The position numbers were made by a program, and so were the translations under genes. A DNA stretch of 64,000 nucleotides, from contig CAWBKB010000006.1 of NCBI GenBank assembly GCA_963789265.1, forward strand, positions 1 through 64,000. The letters run 5' to 3'. Positions 9,850 to 20,651 of this stretch are shown here, one piece after another (the first letter of the stretch is position 1; each line of letters begins with the position of its first letter). The notes under the pieces are model-generated. The model ran no database searches. It was given only the letters and a program-made list of their open reading frames with translations, and was not told the DNA's origin. The DNA comes from an uncultured delta proteobacterium. GTDB taxonomy: Bacteria > Desulfobacterota > Desulfomonilia > Desulfomonilales > Desulfomonilaceae.

Positions 9850-12800
9850 TCATTCGTCCGCTTCCGAAGGCGATCGAGTTTGCTTGGGTTGCTTCAGGGC
9901 ATAAGCCTTGAGCAGTTCAAGGATTTCTTTGTTACTGCTTTTGCGGGCTGCTTCAACGACGCGGTCGGAATTTAGCCCAGCGTTGGGGCTTGCCCCTTTT
10001 TCCAGAAGGACCTTCACTATCTCTACATTCCCATTCTCGATCGCTCCCAAGAGAGGGGCCCCACCTCCCCCTATCGGATCTGCATTAACATCGGCTCCCT
10101 TTTCGAGAAGCATGCGCACCAAGTCTAAATCGCCCGCCCGGGCTGCCCGATGTAGGGCGGTTTCTCTCCAATCGTCTGCCGCATTGGCGTTGGCCCCTTT
10201 TTCCAGGAGGGCTTTTGCGATTCCCACGTGCCCATTCTCGATAGCATGCAAGAGAGCTGTATCGCAGCATGAGTCCTTGATATCAATATCAGAACACCTG
10301 TCCAGGAGGATCTTGACCATGTTTTCGTTGCCGTTCCTTGCGGCAATTAGCAGAGCCAAAGGAGCGTCGGGGATTTGCGCTTTGTATCTTGCCGCTTCCT
10401 CCACAAGCCGCTGCATCTCTTTTTCATCGCCCAGCAAAACAGCAGCCGCGACTGTCATTCTGGCCCCACGTTCACGGAGAAATCTTACCATGTCCCGGTC
10501 CTGCCACTTGGCAGCTGCCATCATTGGGGTCCAAGCATCAGCCTCAGCCGCGTTGATTTCGGCCCCTTTGTCCAAGAGCAGTGCAGCAACATTGTGGTGC
10601 CCCATCTCAACAGCCCTCAATAAAGCTGTCTTGCCGAAGGCATCCTTTGCACGCATATCCGCTCCTCTGGCAATAAGGAGAGTCACTGCATCGAGTTGAC
10701 CTTTCCAGGCAGCCTGGATCAGGGGCGTCCAACCTGAAGCGTCGACAGCGTTAGGGTCCGCTCCCTTGTCCAGCAGCAGAGCGGTTATGTTGAGACTCCC
10801 TTTCCAGAGAGCCTCATTAAGCGCGGTCCAACCCCTCTTGTCCTTGATGTGCACGTCAGCGCCCCTATCCAGAAGCAGCCTAGCCGTCTCCAGATGGCCC
10901 GCCCGCGCTGATTCCATGAGGGCGGTCGTCCCGTGGGCATCTTTGGCGTTCACATCAGCGCCTTTATCGAGCAATCGTTGTACCTCATTGGTGAGGCCGC
11001 TCATTGCGGCGGCCGCAAGCGTACGTCTGCCTCCGTATTCAGTCAGAAGCTTCACCACGTCCGCTCGTTCGTAAAGGGTGGCCCATTGCAGGACTGTTGA
11101 GCCGTCCGTGAGCGTTGCGTTCGGGTCCGCGCCCCTGTCGAGAAGCAGTTTCACCATCTTCGTGTGGCCCAGAATCGAGGCCCAAAATAGCGCAGTGGTG
11201 CCGTCAGGTAGTCTTGCGCTCACGTCGGCTTTGCGGTCCAGGAGGAGCTTCGCCACATCTATTTGTCCCGCATCAAAGGATTGCTCTAAAGCCGAGCCAC
11301 TCTGTTTCCTTGCATTCGCTTCAGACAAGGAGCCGAGCTTCTTGAGAATTTCGAACTTTGATGCCTTTCCCCTTTCCGCATCTCCATTTCCTTCTTGGGG
11401 CAATGCTCCGAGCTTCTTCAGAATTTCGAACCTTAATTCACTTGTTATGGAACAAATGAGAGGAGTTCTGCCGTCCGTCAACCTGGCATCTACCTTCGCT
11501 CCTTTGTCCAGTAGGAGTTTCGCCAGCTCGGCGTCCCCAAGAAACGCAGCCCAGTGGAGCGCGGTGGAGCCGTCGGCTTTTAGCTTTGCATTCACGTCAA
11601 TGCCGTGCATCACGAGCAGTTTCGCGGTTTTGGACCGGCGATCGCTCGGAACTGCCTGAGAATACCTGCTCCAATCGTGTTTCTTTTGGCGCTTCAAGCC
11701 CTGAATACCGCTAAGGGGATAATTAAAACAGTAATCGCGTCCCCACATTGCGCAGAAGAGGGCATTGGAACCATCATTGAGGGTTGCGTTCACCTCCGCT
11801 CCTTTTTCCAAAAGCAGCTTGACCGCTTCAGGGAAACCTTCGGCGGAGAAACGCAGGAGTGCTGTACGGTTCCCCATTTCTTTTATTCTTTGGTACGCGA
11901 CCTTCACATTGACGTCCGCGCCTCTCTCTAGAAGTAATTTCACCACCTCAAGACAATTACTGAGACGATCGGGGGACGGTACATTCCCAGGATATTCGAT
12001 GCCGGCGACAGTCTCCGTAAGGGGAGTCTCCCCTTTGTCATTCTTTGCGTTAACATCCGCGCCGCTGTCGAGAAGCAGCCTCGTCGCCTCCACCCTGCCA
12101 TAAAACGCGGCAGACATGAGGGCCGTCCCTCCGTAAACGCCCTTCCCATTGACCTTCGCGCCCTTTTCAAGAAGCGTTTTCACAAAATCCGGGGAGCAGT
12201 TCACTGCACATTGAAGCGGTGTGATCTGCTTCGTGTCGACCGCGGTGACATTGGCACCCATATCGAGGAAGTATCGAGCGATTTCTTCGTGGCCGCCAAG
12301 CATGGCTGCTTTGAATGCGGCCTCCAGGGCAGGGACACCCAACCGGTTCTTGATCTTCAGGTCAGCCCCGCTGTCTATGAGGCGCTTGACCAATGCTAGA
12401 TCTCCTTTTTCGGCCGCTGCTTCAAGCGGTAGGCGACCGCGCCAATCGCAGACATTCAGATTTGCGCCTTTTGTCGGGTGAGTCTTCGCCTTATCGGAAT
12501 GCGTCCGCGCTAATGACTGAGAGATCTGTTCAATAAGACCCTCTTTTTCCGCCTGCTTGTCCAGGGCTTGTTTCAATCGCTTCAGTTGCTCGTTTCCAGG
12601 ATCGATTTTCACCCATGCTCGGTACGTCTTGCCAAGAGTCTCTTGAAGCTCTGTTGCATCGGTCTCGCGGTAGAGCGTAGTTTTCGATTGAAGTGCATTC
12701 AAGCCATGCTCGGCCGCTTTGGCATAATTACCCTCTCCATAATAGAGCGTCGCCAGCTTACGTGAAAGTTGAGCCTGCGCGTCCACGTCCTTTCGCCCTC

Positions 12801-13806
12801 CTGCTATCTCCAGGGATCCTTCGTACGCCCCGATTGCCTCGGGTCTTTGCCCCAAATGCTCGCACGCTTTTCCCAGGCCACGCAGGCTATGTTGTTGCAG
12901 TTTCCGATCGCTTACCTTTTTTGCGGACTCCGAAGACTCTTCAAAATACTTCTTGGCAGTAGAATACTCGCCCCGCTGGACATAATAGGTCCCCAAACGG
13001 CCCGATGCCTCCGCCTCGATCTTTGGGGCCTTACACTGTTTGGATATTTCGACAGCTTTCTCAATATATGCTATACCCTTGGGATTCAGATCAAAAGTAA
13101 AGTACTCTATATCCGCGGGAATCAGACCAAAAGAAAGAAAAGTTCCCAAGTTAGCCAGCGCTTGGGCTTCGATCATGGGGTTCTTGTGTTGCCTGGCTGT
13201 TTCAACCCATTTCTCGAGGCATTCGATTGCCTTGGGTCTCTGATTGAGGATCTCGTAAGCATTCACCAAGCGATTCACAGTTTCGCCAACCGATTTGAGG
13301 TCTCCTGCTTTCATGTACGCGGTTATGGCCTGTTCGTAGTACTCGGCTTCCTTCGGATACTGCCGCTGTTGCCCGTAAAGGTACCCCAAACCGACCAAAC
13401 TGTTTCCTTCAGCCCACGACCATCCGATTCTACGTTTGATCACCAGTGCCTTCTCATAGTACTCCGCGGCCTTCGCATACTCACGCTGACTGGAATAGAG
13501 AATTCCCAGATCATTCAGAACCTCTGCCTCACCCCTTTCGTGCTTTAGTCCTCTGAATATAGCCAACGACTCCTGGTATTTTTCTTCGGCTTTCTTAATG
13601 TCCTCAGCGGGGTGACCGCGCTCGGCCAGTTTGCGCCCTTTCCGGTCAATCTGGTACGCCTTAGCCGCCGTCGCAGCTTTGCTGTCAATTTTGGGTCCCA
13701 CAACTGGTGTTTCTTCGCCCTTCTCCATCCATGCTACTACAGCAATGAAACAGGCCGCTGAAACGGCCACTGTCACGACCAGACAGACTGCGATTCGCTT
13801 GAACAT
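9850..13806 (-). CDS. Membrane-anchored/exported TPR plus ankyrin repeat protein (1318 aa)
   Basis: N-terminal hydrophobic segment, TPR repeats (EAEVLNDLGILY..A..YYEKAL), then many GxTaLxxAa..G...vvklLL..GAdvn ankyrin repeats. Confidence 0.92.
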   Translation of the reverse strand: MFKRIAVCLVVTVAVSAACFIAVVAWMEKGEETPVVGPKIDSKAATAAKAYQIDRKGRKLAERGHPAEDIKKAEEKYQESLAIFRGLKHERGEAEVLNDLGILYSSQREYAKAAEYYEKALVIKRRIGWSWAEGNSLVGLGYLYGQQRQYPKEAEYYEQAITAYMKAGDLKSVGETVNRLVNAYEILNQRPKAIECLEKWVETARQHKNPMIEAQALANLGTFLSFGLIPADIEYFTFDLNPKGIAYIEKAVEISKQCKAPKIEAEASGRLGTYYVQRGEYSTAKKYFEESSESAKKVSDRKLQQHSLRGLGKACEHLGQRPEAIGAYEGSLEIAGGRKDVDAQAQLSRKLATLYYGEGNYAKAAEHGLNALQSKTTLYRETDATELQETLGKTYRAWVKIDPGNEQLKRLKQALDKQAEKEGLIEQISQSLARTHSDKAKTHPTKGANLNVCDWRGRLPLEAAAEKGDLALVKRLIDSGADLKIKNRLGVPALEAAFKAAMLGGHEEIARYFLDMGANVTAVDTKQITPLQCAVNCSPDFVKTLLEKGAKVNGKGVYGGTALMSAAFYGRVEATRLLLDSGADVNAKNDKGETPLTETVAGIEYPGNVPSPDRLSNCLEVVKLLLERGADVNVKVAYQRIKEMGNRTALLRFSAEGFPEAVKLLLEKGAEVNATLNDGSNALFCAMWGRDYCFNYPLSGIQGLKRQKKHDWSRYSQAVPSDRRSKTAKLLVMHGIDVNAKLKADGSTALHWAAFLGDAELAKLLLDKGAKVDARLTDGRTPLICSITSELRFEILKKLGALPQEGNGDAERGKASKFEILKKLGSLSEANARKQSGSALEQSFDAGQIDVAKLLLDRKADVSARLPDGTTALFWASILGHTKMVKLLLDRGADPNATLTDGSTVLQWATLYERADVVKLLTEYGGRRTLAAAAMSGLTNEVQRLLDKGADVNAKDAHGTTALMESARAGHLETARLLLDRGADVHIKDKRGWTALNEALWKGSLNITALLLDKGADPNAVDASGWTPLIQAAWKGQLDAVTLLIARGADMRAKDAFGKTALLRAVEMGHHNVAALLLDKGAEINAAEADAWTPMMAAAKWQDRDMVRFLRERGARMTVAAAVLLGDEKEMQRLVEEAARYKAQIPDAPLALLIAARNGNENMVKILLDRCSDIDIKDSCCDTALLHAIENGHVGIAKALLEKGANANAADDWRETALHRAARAGDLDLVRMLLEKGADVNADPIGGGGAPLLGAIENGNVEIVKVLLEKGASPNAGLNSDRVVEAARKSSNKEILELLKAYALKQPKQTRSPSEADE

Positions 13807-14591
13807 GGCTTCTCCAATCGAATTAGATCGATGTCAATGCGAACTTCAATTCTGGACCCTTGGGTGGCGGAAATGTCGGTTAGTGCCTTTGGATGCTGGC
13901 AAAAAAAATCCCGACTTCAGGTTTTTCCGGGAATTATGCGGCGGTCCTCCCGATCCCGGGTTCCTTATCCCAGAATTCTGTCACGCTACAATTTTCCCGA
14001 CTCCGAAAAGAACCCGGATGGTGTATTGCGCGCCGGGAGGACGGCAAAACCGTCTTAACGTTGCTGAAGAAAGGTGATTCTTCCTGTTTTTCAAGCGTAT
14101 CCGACTGTATGTCCCTCGGTCAACCAAAATATCCTTGTCGCCCCCACCCGAAAACGGGTTTGGTAGTATCGGGACAAGAGATACGCGGACGCCACATGAA
14201 CTTGCCACCTCTGCCGTGATATGCGACCTTCACTCCAACTTTCAGTTCGCTCTCGATTGGCCCCGGAATGCCGAAACGCTCATCTATCACCCTCGGCAAG
14301 AGGAAAACCGTTTCCGACGTGATCTTGGCACTCCGAAAATCGATCATGATTGCAGGATTGAATTCAGGTCGAATTGTCTCTTTTCACTCCTCACCAATCC
14401 CGGTCCTCTGATTTCCAGCGATAGCGGCATATTTTCCCCACTATGTCATGGAGTTGATAGGAAGAACATACTTTTCTTTGTTTACTTGCCGAATAATTCG
14501 GGATAAAACCAGTTCAGAGCAGCAGCGGACAAGTCTGGCAACTGCTCCAGCTTGTCTCAAGGCATGATTAACAACCGATTGGAGACGGCCT

Positions 14592-14852
14592 ATGACGATG
14601 AAAAAATTGCGCAATGTATTCATGTGGTGTGCAATAATCAACTGGTGTGTTCTGTTGATCTGGTTTCTGTTTACGGTGCTGGGACCAGGTTGGAGATATC
14701 AGTGGGCGAGTCACTGGAAACATCTCTCGCCAAATGAGATAGATCTGATTAACTTTGGGGCGATGGCTCTGTACAAGGTCGGCATTTTGCTGTTCAATCT
14801 TGTTCCGGCCATTGCGCTGCACATTGTCGGATCACGGTCCTCAAAGGAATAA
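14592..14852 (+). CDS. Small two-TM membrane protein (DUF6868-like)
   Basis: FMWCAIINWCVLLIWF...YKVGILLFNLVPAIAL pattern; GGAGA RBS. Confidence 0.65.
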   Translation: MTMKKLRNVFMWCAIINWCVLLIWFLFTVLGPGWRYQWASHWKHLSPNEIDLINFGAMALYKVGILLFNLVPAIALHIVGSRSSKE

Positions 14853-14878
14853 TTCAAGAGAATCGGGCCTTGCCTGCG

Positions 14879-15121
14879 CTATCCTGATTCTCTCATCTGC
14901 CAGTAATCCTCATGTTCATGATAGCGGAGAACATACACGCGGCGATCATCCGTTTCCACTTTAAAATAAATGAAATCCGGTTCACGCCAGGATTCCAGGA
15001 TGCTGCGTACCTTGATCTCTCGCTCGTTCGCCACAAACGCTGTGGGTCGTTCTTCGGCCTTGTAGCTTGCCAGGCACCGGACTTTGGTCCGATTCCATGA
15101 TTTCGACCCGGTCTCAGACAT
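14879..15121 (-). CDS. Small conserved hypothetical protein
   Basis: SYKAEERPTAF...ESWREPD..YFKV..DD..Y.L pattern, recalled from deltaproteobacterial hypotheticals. Confidence 0.6.
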   Translation of the reverse strand: MSETGSKSWNRTKVRCLASYKAEERPTAFVANEREIKVRSILESWREPDFIYFKVETDDRRVYVLRYHEHEDYWQMRESG

Positions 15122-15163
15122 TGGTTCGGCTGTTCGCGTTTGGTAGCGAGTCATGAGGGACTT

Positions 15164-15218
15164 GGTGGGACAGGCTTCCAGCCTGTCGCCGATGGACGGG
15201 CAAGATGCCCATCCCCAC
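15164..15218. repeat. REP doublet family B (GGGACAGGCTTCCAGCCTGTC...GACGGGCAAGATGCCC)
   Basis: Related copies at ~17163-17218, ~26750-26806, ~59392-59447 and, interrupted, ~42602-42875. Confidence 0.8.
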
Positions 15219-15322
15219 TAGATCATTTTCCGCGATCAAGTTGGGGAATCCTTACAAGATCCAGTAAACCTATTTCTCGGTACACTATTGCCTCACCTGA
15301 ATCGACCTCAGCGCCGGTCCCC

Positions 15323-17080
15323 CTATCTTCTCCCCATTTTCCTACGAATCTCGCTGAACGGGTATCTCACAGCCAGCGGTCTCCCGTGCGGACACACTTC
15401 AGGTGAACCGCTCCGATCCAAATCGTTCAACAGGGATCGTATTTCTTCAGTTTGCATGGCCATTGTCTCCTTTACCGAGGCTCGGCAGGCCATGCTCTTT
15501 AAGACTTCCTCCTTGAACCTGGTTGGATCGCCCCTTACCCCAGTATTCAGCATCACATCGAGCAGTTCGCCAAACAACTCTTCCAGGTCGGCATTTCCGA
15601 GCCACTCCGGCACCCCTTTGACCACAAACTCCCGTTCGCCGAATTCCTCGACGCGAAAGCCCGCGTCTTGCAGCACATCCAAATGCGCGGCCAAGGCTCG
15701 AGCCTCCAAAGCCGAGTACTGTAGAATCTTGGGGATCAGAAGGTCTTGGCACACAGGTTTCATGTGTTTATCCGCTCTCATCAGCTCATCGAAAATAAGC
15801 CTCTCGTGCGCGGCATGATGGTCCAAAATCACAAGCTCATCGTCGCTATGGAGCACTAGGAATGAATTCGGCAGCCTGCCGACTATGCCGAGTGAGGAAA
15901 ACTTGCCTGCCCGTTCGCGGAGAGTTGGGGTGACGCTGACCGGCGAAGGCTCAACCGGCGGTTGTTCAGGGACTTGAGGGCCAACGGAAGCATCTGACGG
16001 TGCTCTTTCGCCCTGAACATGACGGCCCACCGGGGTTAACGGGGGCCGCGGGAAGATAGGTTCGAACGGAGCACGCGGGGGATTGAATGGAGCCCCCATC
16101 AATGCCTGATGGATACCATCGAGGATCAGTTGTGAGATCTGAGCCGGGCTGACAAACCGAACTTCAGCCTTTTGCGGATGAACATTGACATCCACCTGGT
16201 TGGAAGGAAGTTCAATAAACAAGATCGCCAGCGGATACCGCCCACGTTCCATGAGGTTGGAAAAGGCACGTGTTACCGACGCGTTGACCAGTCGGTCGCG
16301 AACCGATCGACCATTTACGAAAGTCAGGACGGACCTCATGCTCGAACGTGCGTACGGAGGGCGGGCAACATAGCCGTGAAGACGAGCCTCCCCAACAAAA
16401 TGATCCACCGCGATAAAGTTTTCACGCACATCCTTTGAGTACAGGGTGTGGATGCGTTCGAATGTCGAGCGAACGGCAGGCGCGTCCATCTTGGACCGGC
16501 CGTCTTCCGAAAAAGTGAACCCGACCGACGGAAAAGCCAGAGCGAGTTTGATGATAAGCTCTTGAATGTGCGCTGCTTCGATCCCGGATCCCTTCAAAAA
16601 CTTCCTGCGAACAGGCACATTAAAAAAGAGATTGCGGACCTCGATGGCAGTTCCAGTTCCCATGCCCACCCGTTCGGATTTACGAAGTACCCCGCCTTCA
16701 ATGAGGATCTCAGTGCCTGCTGTGTCCGGTTCAGCGCGTGTCAAAAGCTTCAATCTGGAAATCGAGGCAATGCTCGCCAGAGCTTCCCCTCGGAATCCCA
16801 TGGTGGCAATGCCCACAAGCTCTGTTTCCGATTTCAATTTGGATGTGGCATGTCGTTCCAGTGCGAGGAACGCATCGTCGTGGCTCATTCCGGTTCCGTT
16901 ATCCCTGACCCGAATGAGTTTCCTACCCCCGTTTTCGATCTCCACGTTAATGGACGATGCCTCCGCATCAATGCTGTTCTCCACCAACTCTTTGACGACG
17001 GAAACCGGACGCTCAATCACCTCGCCGGCGGCTATCCGGTTGATGACACTTTCCGAGAGTATTCTGATACGCCCCGACAT
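15323..17080 (-). CDS. mutL: DNA mismatch repair endonuclease MutL
   Basis: IAAGEVIERP, GFRGEALASI, DVNVHPQK, DHHAAHER, ACR and CPHGRP motifs. Confidence 0.98.
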   Translation of the reverse strand: MSGRIRILSESVINRIAAGEVIERPVSVVKELVENSIDAEASSINVEIENGGRKLIRVRDNGTGMSHDDAFLALERHATSKLKSETELVGIATMGFRGEALASIASISRLKLLTRAEPDTAGTEILIEGGVLRKSERVGMGTGTAIEVRNLFFNVPVRRKFLKGSGIEAAHIQELIIKLALAFPSVGFTFSEDGRSKMDAPAVRSTFERIHTLYSKDVRENFIAVDHFVGEARLHGYVARPPYARSSMRSVLTFVNGRSVRDRLVNASVTRAFSNLMERGRYPLAILFIELPSNQVDVNVHPQKAEVRFVSPAQISQLILDGIHQALMGAPFNPPRAPFEPIFPRPPLTPVGRHVQGERAPSDASVGPQVPEQPPVEPSPVSVTPTLRERAGKFSSLGIVGRLPNSFLVLHSDDELVILDHHAAHERLIFDELMRADKHMKPVCQDLLIPKILQYSALEARALAAHLDVLQDAGFRVEEFGEREFVVKGVPEWLGNADLEELFGELLDVMLNTGVRGDPTRFKEEVLKSMACRASVKETMAMQTEEIRSLLNDLDRSGSPEVCPHGRPLAVRYPFSEIRRKMGRR

Positions 17081-17304
17081 TAGTTTCCTTGAATAGCCCG
17101 GAACGCAACGTTACACTGTTCGCAGGGGTTCTGAAAGGTGATGCCGACGTGGCTGATGACTTGGTGGGACAGGCTTCCAGCCTGTCGCCGACGGACGGGC
17201 AGGATGCCCGTCCCCACCAGTCTAAGACCGGTCCCGCGTCTAGTGGGGTTGCACACGCGGGAATCCGTCAAGGCCGTTGAGACCATCTGTAGAATTCCGT
17301 CATT

Positions 17305-18339
17305 TTATCTGCTTGAATCGAACAGGCCTTCCTGGCCTCCCTCGAACCCAAGAGCCTTGAAGTGCTCGTAAGCCTTCCGTGTGGCCATGCGTCCCCTTGG
17401 TGTCCTGTCAACGAACCCTTCTTTCACCAGGTATGGTTCGTAAACGTCTTCCAGCGTATCCCTCTCTTCTCCCACCGACGCGGCCAACGTCTCGATTCCC
17501 ACAGGCCCTCCACCGAATTTGAACATTATAGTCTCGAGGAACTTTCGATCCATACGGTCTAGGCCGGAAGCGTCAACGTCCAGCATTTCCAAAGCGCTCA
17601 TAGCGCTGGCCTTGTCGATTTTGCCTTTGCCTCTGACCTGCGCGAAGTCCCTTACTCGTCTCGTGAGGCGGTTTGCAACTCTCGGTGTGGCCCTGGAACG
17701 GCTTGCTATCTCCGCCGCGCCATCTTCGTCAATCTCGACCTTGAGAATCGCCGCGGATCTTTTCACAATGGTTTTCAGTTCATCCGGAGAATAAAACTCC
17801 AGATGGAATATTATTCCAAATCTATCTCTCAGCGGATTCGTCAGCAGGCCGCTGCGGGTGGTAGCCCCCACGAGGGTGAACGGCGCGAGGTCCAACTTTA
17901 TGGTCCGGGCGCTTGGACCCTGGCCGATTATGAGATCGAGCTTAAAGTCTTCCATAGCAGGATAGAGGATCTCTTCTACTACGGGTGAAAGCCTGTGAAT
18001 TTCGTCGATGAACAGGACGTCTTTGGTCTCGAGGTTCGTTAGAATCGCGGCAAGATCCCCGGGTTTTTCCACCACAGGTCCGGAGGTCGACCGGATTTGA
18101 ACCCCCATTTCCCTAGCTATTATGTGGGCCAGTGTGGTCTTGCCCAGCCCGGGCGGGCCGTGGAAGAGAATGTGGTCTAAGGCTTCGCCTCTGCCGGACG
18201 CTGCTTCGATGAAGACAGCGAGATTCTCCTTTATTCTCGCCTGACCGACATAGTCCACCAGATTGCGGGGCCGCAGGGTGCGATCCGTATCGTCATCGCT
18301 TGGCGTGGGGCAGGCTGTAATTATGCGTTCCACGGTCAT
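17305..18339 (-). CDS. ruvB: Holliday junction branch migration helicase RuvB
   Basis: [31 protein letters not shown] and RTPRGR motifs. Confidence 0.98.
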   Translation of the reverse strand: MTVERIITACPTPSDDDTDRTLRPRNLVDYVGQARIKENLAVFIEAASGRGEALDHILFHGPPGLGKTTLAHIIAREMGVQIRSTSGPVVEKPGDLAAILTNLETKDVLFIDEIHRLSPVVEEILYPAMEDFKLDLIIGQGPSARTIKLDLAPFTLVGATTRSGLLTNPLRDRFGIIFHLEFYSPDELKTIVKRSAAILKVEIDEDGAAEIASRSRATPRVANRLTRRVRDFAQVRGKGKIDKASAMSALEMLDVDASGLDRMDRKFLETIMFKFGGGPVGIETLAASVGEERDTLEDVYEPYLVKEGFVDRTPRGRMATRKAYEHFKALGFEGGQEGLFDSSR

Positions 18340-18643
18340 GCAACTGATCCTTTTGGTTCATTGGTGTCTTCGACTTAGTGGATTACCTCTGTATTCGGAT
18401 GTAAACGCCGGGCGGAGCTTACCCCCAATACACAATCCCCGTCAAACAAGAGACGCGGGCACCTTACCACAGGAATGTCGATTTTGGTTGAAAGTTCTGA
18501 TCCGGGGCCAAAATCCTGGAAACTGGCCGGGGGCCGCTGGCGTTCCTCGCTGCGAACTATTACAATTTATAGAACCATTGCTCAGAGGCAAACAAAACCT
18601 CGCTCAGGGCATGGGTATCACAATTAGTGAAGGGGGAGCGACC

Positions 18644-19240
18644 GTGAGAACGAAAGAAGTGATATGGCTGGTTCTGCTTATTGTTGCGGTTTTACTCACA
18701 ATTTGCCTCAAGTACTTTCCGTTTCTTCCCGGGGATGTAAGTAGTACCCGATTGATACAGTCTTTGCTGCCCGAATCCAAACATTGGGCTCAGGTGCTGT
18801 CATCCACCGCGGAAATGCCTTGGGTATTGGTTTTGATCGCGGTGACGTTCATTTTGTCCTGGATTATGGCAGGATGGCGTGCCGCTTTCTTATCTATTGC
18901 CGCGTTCGTAGGTTTGTGGTTGTTAGGAAGATGGCTCGGTCCGGCCATTGCTCAACCGCGGCCTTCTGCCGAACTGGTTCAGGTTGCGAAACCGCTCCAC
19001 GGTTCGGCATTCCCGTCCATTTTCGCTTTTAATTACGTATCGACGGTCGGGTTCCTGGCTGTCGCGGCAGCAGTTAAAGCATCGGGAAATGCCCGCTGGG
19101 TTCTGTTCATCGTCTGCTGTTTGCTTCTTATTGTCGGCTGGATAGCTCGAGTTGATCTGGCGGCTCACTGGCCCAGTGATGTAGGCATATCGTATCTTAT
19201 AGGGATTCTGTGGGTTACCTTGCTTATTCGATTCGCCTGA
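18644..19240 (+). CDS. PAP2-family membrane phosphatase-like protein
   Basis: Multiple TM helices with PRP, AFPS and ARVDLAAHWPSDV motifs; GTG start after GGGGGAG. Confidence 0.75.
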   Translation: MRTKEVIWLVLLIVAVLLTICLKYFPFLPGDVSSTRLIQSLLPESKHWAQVLSSTAEMPWVLVLIAVTFILSWIMAGWRAAFLSIAAFVGLWLLGRWLGPAIAQPRPSAELVQVAKPLHGSAFPSIFAFNYVSTVGFLAVAAAVKASGNARWVLFIVCCLLLIVGWIARVDLAAHWPSDVGISYLIGILWVTLLIRFA

Positions 19241-19381
19241 CGAAAATGGCGGAATATTGCGGGCCGATAATGAATGGATGCTGTTGAGCAGTGAATTGAC
19301 GCAATGCCCCAGCGGATGAATTGCTACGATTGGCAAGGCAAGAGCGGTTTAAGACGAAAGAAAATAATCCAATTCAATATT

Positions 19382-19433
19382 ATAAGGTTGACAAAGTCCA
19401 TGATAAGGTTGATAATCTGAACAGATAAGGTTG
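19382..19433 (+). promoter_or_regulatory. Sigma70-like promoter overlapped by three ATAAGGTTG direct repeats
   Basis: TTGACA (19388) -17 bp- GATAAT (19411); ATAAGGTTG at 19382, 19403 and 19425. Confidence 0.6.
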
Positions 19434-19449
19434 TCAATGTCTTGCCGGG

Positions 19450-20487
19450 GTGATGACAGTGCCAGGATCGCGCAAGCGAGGAGTGAGTGTTCGGCAGTTT
19501 ATAATTGAGAATGTCGAACAGCATCCCGCGGATATTGTAACGTTTGCATCGAATGCCCTTGGAATTTCTCGGCAGGCAGTCAGCAAACATATTCAGCACC
19601 TGATCGGCCAAGATCTCATGGCCGCAGTAGGCACGACCCGCAATCGTCATTATATTCTTCTTCCCATTGCCAGCAAGCAATTCACCCACTCTTTGAAAGA
19701 TCTTCGGGAAGACGTCGTGTGGCGAAACGACATTTCCTCGATGTTTTCGGAACTGCCGGACAATGTCAGAGGTATTTGGCAGTACGGATTCACGGAGATG
19801 CTAAATAATGCCATTGACCATTCTTCCGGTACTCTGGTGGAAGTGACAGTCATCAAAAAGGCAATGTCGTTTGAAATTGTCATCTATGACAATGGGGAAG
19901 GGATTTTCAAGAAGATCCAAAGGGAACTAAGTCTCGATGATGAACGCCACGCGGTCCTGGAGCTTGCCAAGGGCAAGCTGACCACCGATCCTGCCCATCA
20001 CACAGGCGAGGGAATCTTCTTTTCATCAAGAATGTTTGATGATTTCGGCATCGTATCTGGCAACACCGCCTTTTCTCATCACCATGTAGATCCCGATGAC
20101 TGGATTCACGAAGCCTCTCGATTTCAGCCGGGAACTACTGTGTATATGAAGTTGAAGAATAACACCGCACGAACTGAAAAGGAGATTTTTGATAGCTTTA
20201 CCTCTGACGATGACTACGGATTCACGAAGACCATGGTGCCGGTTGAGTTGGCACAGTATGGAAACGAAAAGCTCATTTCGCGATCGCAGGCCAAACGACT
20301 GTTGGCACGATTCGATAGGTTCAAGACAGTCGTGCTGGATTTCATGGGCGTTGAATCAATCGGACAAGCTTTTGCAGACGAAGTGTTCCGAGTCTTTCCT
20401 CAAGAGCATCCAAGCGTTGCGATAGTGCCGACGAATGCAAACCCCAGCGTGCAACGGATGATTACGCGTGCAATTCGAAGAGATTAG
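19450..20487 (+). CDS. HTH / HATPase / STAS-like (DUF4325) protein
   Basis: N-terminal HTH (LGISRQAVSKHI), EMLNNAIDHS, DNGEGI, HTGEGIFF; C-terminal SRSQAKRL..VVLDF.GVESIGQAFADEVF. Confidence 0.85.
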   Translation: MMTVPGSRKRGVSVRQFIIENVEQHPADIVTFASNALGISRQAVSKHIQHLIGQDLMAAVGTTRNRHYILLPIASKQFTHSLKDLREDVVWRNDISSMFSELPDNVRGIWQYGFTEMLNNAIDHSSGTLVEVTVIKKAMSFEIVIYDNGEGIFKKIQRELSLDDERHAVLELAKGKLTTDPAHHTGEGIFFSSRMFDDFGIVSGNTAFSHHHVDPDDWIHEASRFQPGTTVYMKLKNNTARTEKEIFDSFTSDDDYGFTKTMVPVELAQYGNEKLISRSQAKRLLARFDRFKTVVLDFMGVESIGQAFADEVFRVFPQEHPSVAIVPTNANPSVQRMITRAIRRD

Positions 20488-20651
20488 GAACAGGCCATAG
20501 GGTGCCTTCAGCCTGGAGGCTTGAATCAGCATTTAGTTCTATGCCTGCGAAACAAGCCCATAGTCAAGAGAATCACTCTGCGGGCCGAAGGACTGTCAGA
20601 ATCTATCAAAGACATCTGTCATTTGTCTTGGTTGTGATAAGCTCCCGCCCC

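Noticed and set aside
13810..14590. 780-bp gap with several short overlapping ORFs
   Set aside because: No recognisable motifs, RBSs or convincing structure; I cannot support a feature.
18263..18643. Long N-terminal extensions in the ORF track (PAP2; also the FabV-FabZ and CoA-disulfide reductase ORFs)
   Set aside because: The extensions overlap other genes, repeats or intergenic sequence, and family homology begins at the downstream starts.
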